Source: Candidatus Hadarchaeota archaeon
Lineage (GTDB): Archaea > CAYQAE01 > CAYVLA01
Length of the DNA: 62,074 nucleotides
Direction: 5' to 3'
Assembly: GCA_964621445.1 (NCBI GenBank)
Contig: CAZUNO010000017.1
Span: forward strand, 1-62,074
A model generated the notes under the pieces. The model was not told where the DNA came from. It did no database searches and saw only the letters and a program-made list of their open reading frames with translations. Shown in pieces: positions 41,662-50,900 of the stretch (the stretch's first letter is position 1; each line of letters starts with the position of its first letter). A program made the position numbers and the translations under genes.

Positions 41662-42511
41662 AGTAGTTAGGAGACACAAGGTTGCGACCACCAAATCTGG
41701 TGAGGAGAAGGCAGATTCGGCCCCCAGGCGAAGGCAGCATGATAGATCCAAGGACCGCAGGTTCAGGTGGGTAATCGAGGGGTACGACCTTCGCAAGATC
41801 TTCCAGATAGGTAACACTACCATAAACGCCTGTGATGGCATAAGCGTCAAACTTAGGCGTGGTGAGTTCGTGGCCATCGTAGGACCTTCAGGGTCGGGGA
41901 AGTCAACCCTGCTGAGCCTCCTGGGAGGTCTATCCCATCCCACGGAGGGTAGGGTCTTTATCGATGGAATTGACATCACAAGAGGTTTCCTGGGGAGCGA
42001 GTTCTCCATACTGCCCACCGTACGTCGTAAGAAGATAGGCTTCGTTTTCCAGTTCTTCAATCTAATACCAGTGCTTTCCGCGGTTGAGAACGTCGAGTTA
42101 CCGATGATGTTCGAGACCGTGGAGAAAATGCCCGAGATGGAGAGAAGGGAACGGGCGGTCAGCCTTTTGGAGTCCGTGGGTCTTTCCGAGAGAATGGGCC
42201 ACATCCCATCCGAGCTTAGCGGAGGCCAGAGACAGAGGGTGGCCATTGCCAGAGCTCTCGCAAACGAGCCTTCCATAGTCCTCGCCGACGAGCCAACGGG
42301 AAATCTGGATTCGGCTACGGGTCGAATGATAGTCCAGATAATGAAGAGGCTGAATGAGGAGAAGAGAGTAACCTTTCTGATAACCACTCACGACCTGAAG
42401 ATCGCCAGGTGGGCGGACAGAGTGCTCTATCTCACCGACGGCAAGATCTCGGACGAGAGGATCAGTGCCGAGGAGGTCGTGGGGAAGAGCGGCGAGAAAG
42501 ATCTTCAGTAA
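41651..42511 (+). CDS. LolD/MacB-type ABC ATP-binding protein
   Basis: GPSGSGKST, LSGGQRQRVAIARAL, LADEPTGNLD, TTHD. Confidence 0.95.
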   Translation: MSGEVVRRHKVATTKSGEEKADSAPRRRQHDRSKDRRFRWVIEGYDLRKIFQIGNTTINACDGISVKLRRGEFVAIVGPSGSGKSTLLSLLGGLSHPTEGRVFIDGIDITRGFLGSEFSILPTVRRKKIGFVFQFFNLIPVLSAVENVELPMMFETVEKMPEMERRERAVSLLESVGLSERMGHIPSELSGGQRQRVAIARALANEPSIVLADEPTGNLDSATGRMIVQIMKRLNEEKRVTFLITTHDLKIARWADRVLYLTDGKISDERISAEEVVGKSGEKDLQ

Positions 42512-42520
42512 AGTGAGAGT

Positions 42521-43030
42521 TTGAAGCCCGATTTGGCGCCTCTCTCAGGGGACAGCGGGGATATCAGGATAAGAAAGGTTCGATCCAGAGATCTACTGGA
42601 AGTCATGTCCATAAACCGAAAGTCCTTCGTTCTTCCCTATGGTTCCTCTGTTTTCCGGGAGTTCGTGAGGGAGCATAAGGATACCTTTCTGGTCGCCGAG
42701 CTGGGAGGGCAGCTAACCGGGTATTCGATGTCCAGGATAGCCAAGAAGATAGATATCCGGGGTCTGGGGATTAAAAAGATAGGCCATATCATGTCCTTTG
42801 CCGTCCACCCCGATTTCCGAAGAAGGGGTATTGGAAAGGTCCTGCTGGGGAGGACGATAGAAAATCTTGTCGACAAGGGTGTGGGCACCATACACCTGGA
42901 GGTAAGAATGAGCAACCGCTTGGCCATGAAGGTCTACCAGCAGTTTGGCTTCCGGAGGGAGAGGATACTGGAAGGTTACTATAGCGATGGGGAGGATGCA
43001 ATCCTCATGGGCAAAAAAATCGAGGGTTGA
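42521..43030 (+). CDS. rimI: RimI/Ard1-type N-terminal acetyltransferase
   Basis: GHIMSFAVHPDFRRRGIG, LEVRMSN, YYSDGEDA. Confidence 0.9.
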   Translation: MKPDLAPLSGDSGDIRIRKVRSRDLLEVMSINRKSFVLPYGSSVFREFVREHKDTFLVAELGGQLTGYSMSRIAKKIDIRGLGIKKIGHIMSFAVHPDFRRRGIGKVLLGRTIENLVDKGVGTIHLEVRMSNRLAMKVYQQFGFRRERILEGYYSDGEDAILMGKKIEG

Positions 43031-43089
43031 TGGGCCAATCCAAGAATATTTAATAGAAGAGATGGGGGCCTCATACTGGCCTGAGAATC

Positions 43090-43503
43090 TTGGCCGTGTT
43101 CAATAATGAGTACGTCTTTGCCACCAAGGGCGAGATTGACATATTGGATATAACCGATTACGTGACCTCTTCGGTAACCGAGTCCAAGCTACTGAATGGG
43201 TCCGCGACCATCTTCACGCCCGAGGAGAACTGTGCGCTTATCATAATGGAGTACGAGAGTGGGCTGGTTCAGGACCTCAAGAAGGAGATCGGAAAGCTGG
43301 TTCCGCAGGATGAGGGTTACATACATGATACCATCGATGACGATGCGCATTCACATCTACGTACTTCGCTATTGGGAAGCAGTCTTTCAATTCCCTTTAT
43401 CAATGGCAATCTTTGCCTGGGCGCCTGGCAACAGGTCCTATTCATAGAACTAGGGAAAAGACCTAACACCAGGAAGATTATAGTGCAGGTGTTGGGAGAA
43501 TAG
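43090..43503 (+). CDS. YjbQ/UPF0047 family protein (second paralog)
   Basis: LDIT, EYESGL, AHSHLR, LGAWQQV.FIEL. Confidence 0.88.
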   Translation: MAVFNNEYVFATKGEIDILDITDYVTSSVTESKLLNGSATIFTPEENCALIIMEYESGLVQDLKKEIGKLVPQDEGYIHDTIDDDAHSHLRTSLLGSSLSIPFINGNLCLGAWQQVLFIELGKRPNTRKIIVQVLGE

Positions 43504-43513
43504 GTGATACGAA

Positions 43514-43777
43514 ATGAGCGAAAAGAAGGAGAGGGTAATCAGCAAGGAGCTCCTGGACATCCTGGCCTGTCCCTTCTGCAAGGGTGACATCAGTCTGGAA
43601 GGGGAGGAGCTGGTATCGGAATGCGGACTCCGGTACAAGATAGAGGACGGGATTCCCCACATGCTATACCCCATATGCCCCGACTGCAAGATCGAAACCG
43701 AGATGGTTGAGGAAAACGACGAGTTCGAATTCGTTTGCAGGGAATGTGGGAAGAAGCTCCATGATAAGAGGGGATAG
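43514..43777 (+). CDS. Trm112-family protein with an extra C-terminal zinc ribbon
   Basis: LLDILACPFCKG...YKIEDGIPHML, then CPDC...CREC. Confidence 0.82.
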   Translation: MSEKKERVISKELLDILACPFCKGDISLEGEELVSECGLRYKIEDGIPHMLYPICPDCKIETEMVEENDEFEFVCRECGKKLHDKRG

Positions 43778-43780
43778 CTG

Positions 43781-46402
43781 CTAGTTAGTTCTCGATAGAA
43801 AACCGACCAGGGAACCCATGACCAATAGCGCGACCATAAATGACCCCATTTCCCCCACCTCAAGGGGATAATTACCGTCATCCCTGGGAATGAGCACCAC
43901 AGGTTGCAGGAAATTGGTATTGATAAGCCATGTTTCCCCGGTCCCACATCCGGGATTGGTGCTGGTCTCGTACCATGGCTTGCCATCTATGAACTTAATT
44001 CCCTGGGGAATGGCTCCGGGATGAGCCCCGCCGGGATTATCGGGGTTGGCCTTGGTGTAGGGATTGACGTTGCTATGAGCCAAGGCATAGTCATTGGCGT
44101 ACCCCGGGGGGTTACGGGTTCCTGTTCCCTCAAGCATGCAGATCCCATAGGGGTTGATTCCCAGGTGACAGCCTAGGACCCCCAGTGCATACTCCAGGTA
44201 GGGGCTATTCCCGGTATATTTATAGGCAAATAGGGCAGGGGCCGCCTCCGGACTCATCCTGGCAGTCCTGAATGTGGGTACCCCAAAGGGCCTGAGGTCA
44301 TCATCAGGCGCCAGATCACGTGATATCCTTTTCTCTGCATGGTTAACGATGTAGTCCATTATGCCTTGGGAATACTGGGTGGACGGGTTCATCTCCAGGT
44401 AGTAGCCCAGGACGCAGGGAACGAAGGGACCATAGTACCGGGAATAATCCATGGTCAGGGTGATATTACAGTAATCCTCCGCAAGTTCAAGGTAGGTTAC
44501 ATTTCCGGTCGCCCTGTGCATCTGGATACATGCCAGAAGCATTGCCGCCGTTTCGACGGAATTCCTCGGCCCTGTTGATACCCGTCGCCCATAGAGCGAA
44601 AAGCTTCTTTCAGCCGCCTGCAGGTATTTCAGGGCCTTTTGGGGATATCTCTCCTCGACCAGAGCAGAGGTCCCTGCCCAACCTGCAACCGCAAGAAGTC
44701 CGTCCCTGGTTATTGCCCATTCCCGGATGGGCCTGTCATCTTTTGTACCTATGATACCGTCGGTTATCTCGATCTTCCTCACTTCATGGTAAATTGATCC
44801 GTTATTCAGCTGCATCTTGGTGAGATAGTCACATCCCCACATGGCATGGTTCAGTATATCCGACATTCCGTCCCCGTCCCTGTCTATTTCCTGGTAGAAA
44901 GAGGGCCTCATATCCCGGGCAAATAGGAGATTGAATAGAACATATGTATGGTACCTCGAATATTTGCCACCCCATAGTCCGGCGCAGTGCCATCCTCCGG
45001 TGGCGTCGATATGGGTTCCGTTGGGCAGTACCGCGTCATCCAGGTGGCATGCCTTGGTTCTGTACCCCGGGATGGTCACCCCGCATTTCATGTAGGTTAG
45101 GAAATCGTAGATGAGTTCCCCGCATTCATCCAGCAGCACGTCGTTATCGATCTCGAATCGATATGACTCACCGTGTGCCTCGCCTATACTCACCTGTATG
45201 CTGAAATTACCCCTTCGTTCCAGTCGGGTGAAGTTCCCCTTCCAGTAGTAGGCATCCCAGTCCTCTCGATCCACACGCTGGCCCAAAACGCCCGTATACA
45301 CCTGATTTCCGGCCCCGCTGACCACCCTGAAGCTACCGGTATCCTCTAGAGGTTTGTTGCTTTGAACCATAAATGACTTGGGATGGCCGGGACTGTATCC
45401 CGCCTGATCGATTAGCACGTCGAGAAAGGTGGGGCGAATCCATTTCGATTGGCTGAGATCAAAACAGAGTGCGCCCGTGGTTTGATGATAGTACCATTCA
45501 GTGTTGCTCCTGGTTGCCCAGATCGCTCCATTCAGGACCTCCAGGTCATGTATCTTTCCAAGTTCTATTTTTCCTACATCCTCGATAACGGTCAGGTTTT
45601 CCTGCCCCTGGCTCCAAATGGCGATGCCCTTACCGGTGCCTATCCAGGCCTGTCCAAGTTCCCCGCACCAGGCGGAACAGGTTACGGATGAACTGGGTAG
45701 CTTGTCGGACCCGTAGTTAGTTATCTCGGATGAATCGAGATTCAATACCGAGAAACCGCTGGCGGTGGCGATGAAGGCATGGGTATCCGAGCAGGAAACG
45801 GAGAATACCGTGTTGGATATCAGTCCCTTATCAGTATTCCAGGACTGCCATGTTCCATCCGTTTGTCCATACCGGTTTACCCCACCTCTAATGGTTCCAA
45901 ACCATACATCCTCACCATGGAGCTCGATGTCCATTATCATGGTGTCGCTGAGGCCGTCCGATTTGCCGTATTCTCTCCATGTACCATTTTCCAGTTCGGC
46001 GGCTCCACCGGGAGTGCCAACCCAGAGTGATTCCTCATTCCCTTCCAGGCAGTTAATCCTTGTCGAGGGTAGATTTTCCGTATCGACCTCGCTCCATGAT
46101 AGTTGACCGGCCTCCGAATAGAAGAGGCCGTCCTCGCTGCCCAGCCAGACCCTTCCCAGGGCCTGGACGCCGCAGGTAATCTTATTGGTGGGAAGTTCCG
46201 TGGGGGCAACTAGGTGTTCCTTGGTCCCATGGGAGGGGGAGACGGTGAATGATCCCTGGTCCTTGGTAGTAAACCACAGGGAATCCCCGTCGGCAAAGAC
46301 CTGAAAGACACCCTGATCTATCTGGATCGGTTCAATTCCCTGTACCAGGGGCAAAATCATCAAAAGGGCGAGTAATGGGATTATTTTGAAAGTTCTCAAC
46401 AT
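43781..46402 (-). CDS. Exported beta-propeller plus GH9-like (Ig + alpha/alpha barrel) protein, C-terminally anchored
   Basis: GL..N.(I/V)..I....(L/V)W.GT repeats; DQAGYSP, HLDDA, DATGGWH, WGCDYLTKMQ, LGINPYG.CM..G.G; C-terminal TM. Confidence 0.8.
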   Translation of the reverse strand: MLRTFKIIPLLALLMILPLVQGIEPIQIDQGVFQVFADGDSLWFTTKDQGSFTVSPSHGTKEHLVAPTELPTNKITCGVQALGRVWLGSEDGLFYSEAGQLSWSEVDTENLPSTRINCLEGNEESLWVGTPGGAAELENGTWREYGKSDGLSDTMIMDIELHGEDVWFGTIRGGVNRYGQTDGTWQSWNTDKGLISNTVFSVSCSDTHAFIATASGFSVLNLDSSEITNYGSDKLPSSSVTCSAWCGELGQAWIGTGKGIAIWSQGQENLTVIEDVGKIELGKIHDLEVLNGAIWATRSNTEWYYHQTTGALCFDLSQSKWIRPTFLDVLIDQAGYSPGHPKSFMVQSNKPLEDTGSFRVVSGAGNQVYTGVLGQRVDREDWDAYYWKGNFTRLERRGNFSIQVSIGEAHGESYRFEIDNDVLLDECGELIYDFLTYMKCGVTIPGYRTKACHLDDAVLPNGTHIDATGGWHCAGLWGGKYSRYHTYVLFNLLFARDMRPSFYQEIDRDGDGMSDILNHAMWGCDYLTKMQLNNGSIYHEVRKIEITDGIIGTKDDRPIREWAITRDGLLAVAGWAGTSALVEERYPQKALKYLQAAERSFSLYGRRVSTGPRNSVETAAMLLACIQMHRATGNVTYLELAEDYCNITLTMDYSRYYGPFVPCVLGYYLEMNPSTQYSQGIMDYIVNHAEKRISRDLAPDDDLRPFGVPTFRTARMSPEAAPALFAYKYTGNSPYLEYALGVLGCHLGINPYGICMLEGTGTRNPPGYANDYALAHSNVNPYTKANPDNPGGAHPGAIPQGIKFIDGKPWYETSTNPGCGTGETWLINTNFLQPVVLIPRDDGNYPLEVGEMGSFMVALLVMGSLVGFLSRTN

Positions 46403-46501
46403 ATTAATTGGTCAATTTAGCATCTTAAAACTCTTCCATGATCCAAACGTTTAGGATAACAGGCTTCCGGTACAAATGGATTAAGAATATCTAACAATCC
46501 A

Positions 46502-46711
46502 GTGATTCACATGAAGGAAGAGGAACGCAGGGTGGCCGAGGCCGTCGATAATGCCATCAAGGAGATTCTAAAGCTAATCAAGCTCCTGGAGGGGGAGTAC
46601 TACCTGAAACCATGCGATTTGGAGGATATGCTGGAGGACCTGAGGACCAACCTCAGATCGGATCCGGTGTTGTATAGGCGACTGGTCCTGGAACACATAG
46701 GCGAGAGCTAG
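46502..46711 (+). CDS. Small hypothetical protein
   Basis: 69-aa charged helical ORF with host-like codon usage in an intergenic gap. Confidence 0.6.
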   Translation: MIHMKEEERRVAEAVDNAIKEILKLIKLLEGEYYLKPCDLEDMLEDLRTNLRSDPVLYRRLVLEHIGES

Positions 46712-46763
46712 CACGGATCATCCTCGGTGACATTTTTCAAATTGTCACCCTTAACGGAGGGCG

Positions 46764-47426
46764 ATGATCAGGTTTTCCCTATTCCCGGTGATTATCCTAA
46801 TTCTTCTGGCTGGATCCTGCCTGGGTCAGGATTATTACTATGAGTCAGTTACCTATCAGATCGAGCCCTCCTCCTCCCGCATCCTTTACCAGTGTTCCAT
46901 GAGTATGGCCTCCCTGAATTCCAACCTTACACAACTGGAGATTGGCATGCCGTTTAAGCTCTCCCAGCTCACATCGGTTCCCAAGGTTCTGGTGGGGAAG
47001 AGCGTGGTTGAGCCCCAGGTTATTACCGGGGAGGATAACACCACCCTTCTGATAGGCTTGCCGGGCATGAAGGTTGGGGATATGAACACGGTTGTAATAC
47101 AGTTCTCCACAACCCAGGGGGTGGAGCCCGAGCCCGGGTCAGGTGTTCCCATAAGAACCCTGGATCTTGGAGGCGAGGTCACCAGTCAGATTTTGAGCCT
47201 GGATCTCCCTTCGAGCCTGACGGTGGATAAGGTGGAGGTGCCCAACGGAACCATAAAGCCCGGTTCATCAAGCGGCGTCCAGCTTCCGGTCGGCGGAGAG
47301 GCAGCCGAGTTGGTATTTGTACTCAGGAAGAAGACCATGCTGGATAACAGGTACTTCAGGTGGAGCCTAATCGTGGCTGCCATCGCGATACCCAGCGGGT
47401 ATATAATACATCGGCGCTATCGTTAG
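46764..47426 (+). CDS. Hypothetical exported beta-rich protein with C-terminal TM
   Basis: Signal peptide, GGAGG RBS, C-terminal TM plus basic tail. Confidence 0.7.
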   Translation: MIRFSLFPVIILILLAGSCLGQDYYYESVTYQIEPSSSRILYQCSMSMASLNSNLTQLEIGMPFKLSQLTSVPKVLVGKSVVEPQVITGEDNTTLLIGLPGMKVGDMNTVVIQFSTTQGVEPEPGSGVPIRTLDLGGEVTSQILSLDLPSSLTVDKVEVPNGTIKPGSSSGVQLPVGGEAAELVFVLRKKTMLDNRYFRWSLIVAAIAIPSGYIIHRRYR

Positions 47427-47473
47427 ATCTTGAAATACTTCAAGCAGAGTCATCCAGCATTCCTGTTGAGGGA

Positions 47474-48247
47474 TCAGGAAATTTTAGGTATTTCTGGCTG
47501 GCGACCACACTGATAGATCTTAGCGATTTTTTCGAGAATGGGATATTTCCTGAGAATTGATTGAATATGAGGCTTGTGCTCCGGTTTCCTCCATTTATCG
47601 AAGGGTGCTGTATCCAAGGGTCGAAGGGGCATGTTGAATTGGTCCTTTTTTGGGGACCTATTGTGATATTCTCTAAAAGGATGATCTACGTCAATACCCA
47701 GCCCCTCTGTGGTTTTTTGAACGCTTTCTGGGTTCTCGACTAGCTGCTTAAATTTTATTATCTTGAAATCGGGATCATCCTTGCGCCTGACGATTTCCTT
47801 ATACCATTGGAGATAGTCTCGTGGTGTTATCCAATATTTCCCGTGTAACCTAGAAGCAAGTGCTTCTCTTGGGTCTCGCCAAGTTGCGATAAATTGAACG
47901 TTATGGAGGACTTCCTTGATTCTATCGGCCACTAACAAATCGTTTGGGTCCTTGGATATTATCCATTTTCCTTTTGCCTTTATTACCTGTGGTGTTAGTG
48001 CACACATTTCCTTGGGCCAGGTTACGGTTTTGGCAGTGCAGTATATGAACATCCTGTATAGCAGAGTCGTTCCCGACCTTGGAATACCGCAAATCACGAG
48101 GTGCCTTTTCATGCTTCGCATGTTAAGATGGTATTTGACTATTCGCTCTAACTGTAGCAACCATCCCTTGAGTCGTACCTTTCTTTTCCCGCTTTTTTTC
48201 CAAAGATAGATATGGTTCTTTATCTGTTGCATCTGATTCTCCATCAT
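47474..48247 (-). CDS. Sulfotransferase-family protein in a low-GC islet (true start may be MKRHLV)
   Basis: GIPRSGTTLL (5'-PSB loop) and RDPREALAS (3'-PB motif). Confidence 0.82.
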   Translation of the reverse strand: MMENQMQQIKNHIYLWKKSGKRKVRLKGWLLQLERIVKYHLNMRSMKRHLVICGIPRSGTTLLYRMFIYCTAKTVTWPKEMCALTPQVIKAKGKWIISKDPNDLLVADRIKEVLHNVQFIATWRDPREALASRLHGKYWITPRDYLQWYKEIVRRKDDPDFKIIKFKQLVENPESVQKTTEGLGIDVDHPFREYHNRSPKKDQFNMPLRPLDTAPFDKWRKPEHKPHIQSILRKYPILEKIAKIYQCGRQPEIPKIS

Positions 48248-48518
48248 CTAATTATACAAGTGGTGAATTCCTCCCCGGAATCACGTCTGTATTCATACCA
48301 TTATTTCTTCCATATCATTCTTAATTCTTTTTGAATAAGATTTTGGCATCTTGAAAATCTTGTTCATCTTCATCTAATCAGGATGATTATAAGAAAAGCG
48401 GCAATTGGCGCAATAGGTTATTATAGAACCGCTAATATTTCAAGAAACCAGAACTAATTCTCAACATTTCTCTTTTGCTGAATACATATTAAAACGGAAG
48501 GTGATACCTCCTTTTAGC

Positions 48519-48638
48519 GGCCGTGGTGGTGTAGCCTGGCATTAGCCGATGCAAATCGGTTACCAGAGGCACAAAGGACTGTGGATCCTTTAGCCCGAGA
48601 CGTCTTATGACGCGGGAATTCAAATCTCGGCCACGGCC
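48519..48638 (+). tRNA. tRNA-His(GTG), G-1 encoded, introns at 21/22 (48542-48568) and 53/54 (48600-48618)
   Basis: Spliced: GGCCGTGGTGGTGTAGCCTGGCA^GCACAAAGGACTGTGGATCCTTTAGCCCGAG^TTCAAATCTCGGCCACGGCC. Confidence 0.93.
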
Positions 48639-48646
48639 CTCCCACA

Positions 48647-49759
48647 CTAGCTTGCTTCTCTTCTCAGAGTCTTGATCGCCGCGTCGAGCTCCTCCTTCAT
48701 CTTCTTCCCCTTATCAACTTCGAAAATATAGTCGCTTCTAGCGGCCAGAGATATTTTTGCTGCCAGGATACTCGCCGCCTTACCCCTGATGGATTTTGGG
48801 GAGTTCCTAACGTAGGGGTGCTGGAATATTGTGCCGTGTTTTGGTGGCTTGGCTCCCTTGGTTAAATGTCGAAACAGTGCCTTTTCAGCTCCCAAGGTCT
48901 GAACAGAACTGGAGGGCATCAGGGCCAGCTTTTTCAGACTACCGGCCTTCGCGATGAGCCTTGCACCAACCCCGGCTTCGCCCACCCGGGTAAGGGTCGG
49001 AGCGTGATCGCACATCAATCTTTCCAGATATCCATCAAGTGTCTCCCGTCTCTGGCTCAAGTACAGGATTGAACGGGCGAGTTCCCTTATTGCCTCCAAA
49101 TCGGTCTCGCCCAGGGTGGTTCCCACCGAGTTCTCGGCCTCCTTCTGGATTCGCTTAATTTTTTTCTCCGAGATATCCAGATTTTCGGACACAGAGTCCC
49201 TGGGATCACCTTGGAGAATTGCCTGGGAGTAGGTCGTCTGGTTTCTCAGTATTCTTTCGAGTTCGGGGAAATGAATCGAATACCACTCTCGGCATAGACC
49301 ATAGAGATTTGCCGCGTCCTTGTCAAGCTCCTCCATGGCTCCCACTGCATGAACCACAAGCTGATCCCATTTCTTGTAGGATGAACGCATCTTTTGGGAG
49401 CTGATCTCCTCGCCCAGCTCACGGGAGTCCCTCAGGTAGTCCCCAGAAGCTGCCAGGGACCTTCTAACCTTTCTTCCGCCCGGTGAGGGGAATTCGATCT
49501 CAACTCCAGCAACGAGCCCGTTAATTGCCTCTCTGAGATTTTCGTTTTCCACTACCAAGGTGCTAGTTTCGAGATCTTCCAGGGACTGCTGCAGTTCGGG
49601 TATGCTTTCTCCCCGCTGCAGTGACATGAATCTATCGGCCCTGTCCATGGGGTCCTGGGGAAGATCAACCATTCTCACGGTTTCAAGTTCAGGGCCCAGG
49701 ATCAAGATTCCATTTGCGGTTACAACGAGATAGTGCTTGGTCAAATCATCCTGCCTCAC
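48647..49759 (-). CDS. nop5: C/D box sRNP protein Nop5 (Nop56/58)
   Basis: REWYSIHFPEL, QTLGAEKALFRHL, PPKHGTIF. Confidence 0.95.
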   Translation of the reverse strand: MRQDDLTKHYLVVTANGILILGPELETVRMVDLPQDPMDRADRFMSLQRGESIPELQQSLEDLETSTLVVENENLREAINGLVAGVEIEFPSPGGRKVRRSLAASGDYLRDSRELGEEISSQKMRSSYKKWDQLVVHAVGAMEELDKDAANLYGLCREWYSIHFPELERILRNQTTYSQAILQGDPRDSVSENLDISEKKIKRIQKEAENSVGTTLGETDLEAIRELARSILYLSQRRETLDGYLERLMCDHAPTLTRVGEAGVGARLIAKAGSLKKLALMPSSSVQTLGAEKALFRHLTKGAKPPKHGTIFQHPYVRNSPKSIRGKAASILAAKISLAARSDYIFEVDKGKKMKEELDAAIKTLRREAS

Positions 49760-49858
49760 AAGGGGCCATGCAACCCTGTAGGGTGCACATCATTAATAAT
49801 TCTCCGGTGTCAACCAAGTACCTCAGTAGCGGAATTAAATCTTTCTTGGGTAATATAG

Positions 49859-50890
49859 TTGAGCGAAATCATATTGCTAACCTCCGGAGAGCACCCCAAT
49901 CTTCCATTCAAGGAGGCCGTCCACCTTTTCCATGCCTTCGATGAACGAGCCTCCATACGGAGATTGCATGACCGCTACCTGATCGTTAACACCCGCCTGG
50001 AAAAGAAAGAGGCCAATGAGCTGTGCCTTCGTTTGGCTCTGACCACCCAGGCATGGGAGGTAGTGGGCAAGTTTCAAAGTCTTTCTGGATTTGAGGATAG
50101 GTTTAAGGACCTGCTGGATTTTCTGGATCAACAAAACTTTGCGGTAAGGACGGACGAATCGATTTCCGATAGCGATATGGAGGGCAAGCTGGGGAAGAGG
50201 GTCCTCGATATTACCGAACGCAGGGGTATTGAGACCTCGGTCTCTCTGGATGATCCCGACGTGGCCCTAATGGCCTCTAAAAATGGGAACCGCTTCCTTC
50301 TCTCCAGATCCTTGAATAAGCCCTCGCGGGCTAGATATCAGAGGAGATCGCTAAATAGGCCTTTCAAGAGGCCAATATCCCTGAATCCAGTTCTGGCCCG
50401 AGCAATGGTAAATATCTCCGGCGTAAGGCCCGGGGAAACCCTTCTCGATCCCTTCTGCGGAACCGGCAACATCATTATAGAGGGGGGCATGGTGGGGGCC
50501 AGGATTTTCGGCCTGGATGTGAGCACCGAGATGATACACGGAGCCCGGAGGAACCTGAAAAGGGTCCAGTCCCAGAGACCCCAACTTGTGAAGGGAGATG
50601 CCACCCGGGCCTCGTTGCTTTTCGATACAAAATTCGATCACCTGGTAACCGACCCTCCCTATGGCCGGGCCTCCCTGACAACGGGGAACACTGAGCGCCT
50701 TCTATTCGATTTTATCGGTGAGTGTCCGGATATACTAAAACCTGGCGGCTCCATCTGCATTACCTGCCCCTCTATCTATGATCTATCTGAGAGATTAAGA
50801 GAAGTAGGACTCAATTTAGAGGAGTTCGCCTATCAAAGGGTTCACAGAAGCCTGGGGAGACATCTATATCTGGCCAAAACACCGGGCTGA
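49859..50890 (+). CDS. trmG10: tRNA (guanine(10)-N2) methyltransferase (THUMP plus MTase)
   Basis: SGEHPNLP, RPF.RPISL.P.LARAMVN, LDPFCGTG, TDPPYG, VHRSL.R. Confidence 0.9.
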   Translation: MSEIILLTSGEHPNLPFKEAVHLFHAFDERASIRRLHDRYLIVNTRLEKKEANELCLRLALTTQAWEVVGKFQSLSGFEDRFKDLLDFLDQQNFAVRTDESISDSDMEGKLGKRVLDITERRGIETSVSLDDPDVALMASKNGNRFLLSRSLNKPSRARYQRRSLNRPFKRPISLNPVLARAMVNISGVRPGETLLDPFCGTGNIIIEGGMVGARIFGLDVSTEMIHGARRNLKRVQSQRPQLVKGDATRASLLFDTKFDHLVTDPPYGRASLTTGNTERLLFDFIGECPDILKPGGSICITCPSIYDLSERLREVGLNLEEFAYQRVHRSLGRHLYLAKTPG

Positions 50891-50900
50891 GGGATAATCC

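Noticed and set aside
36505-43503. Two YjbQ paralogs as a recent duplication
   Set aside because: The proteins are clearly diverged, and multiple YjbQ copies are unremarkable in archaea
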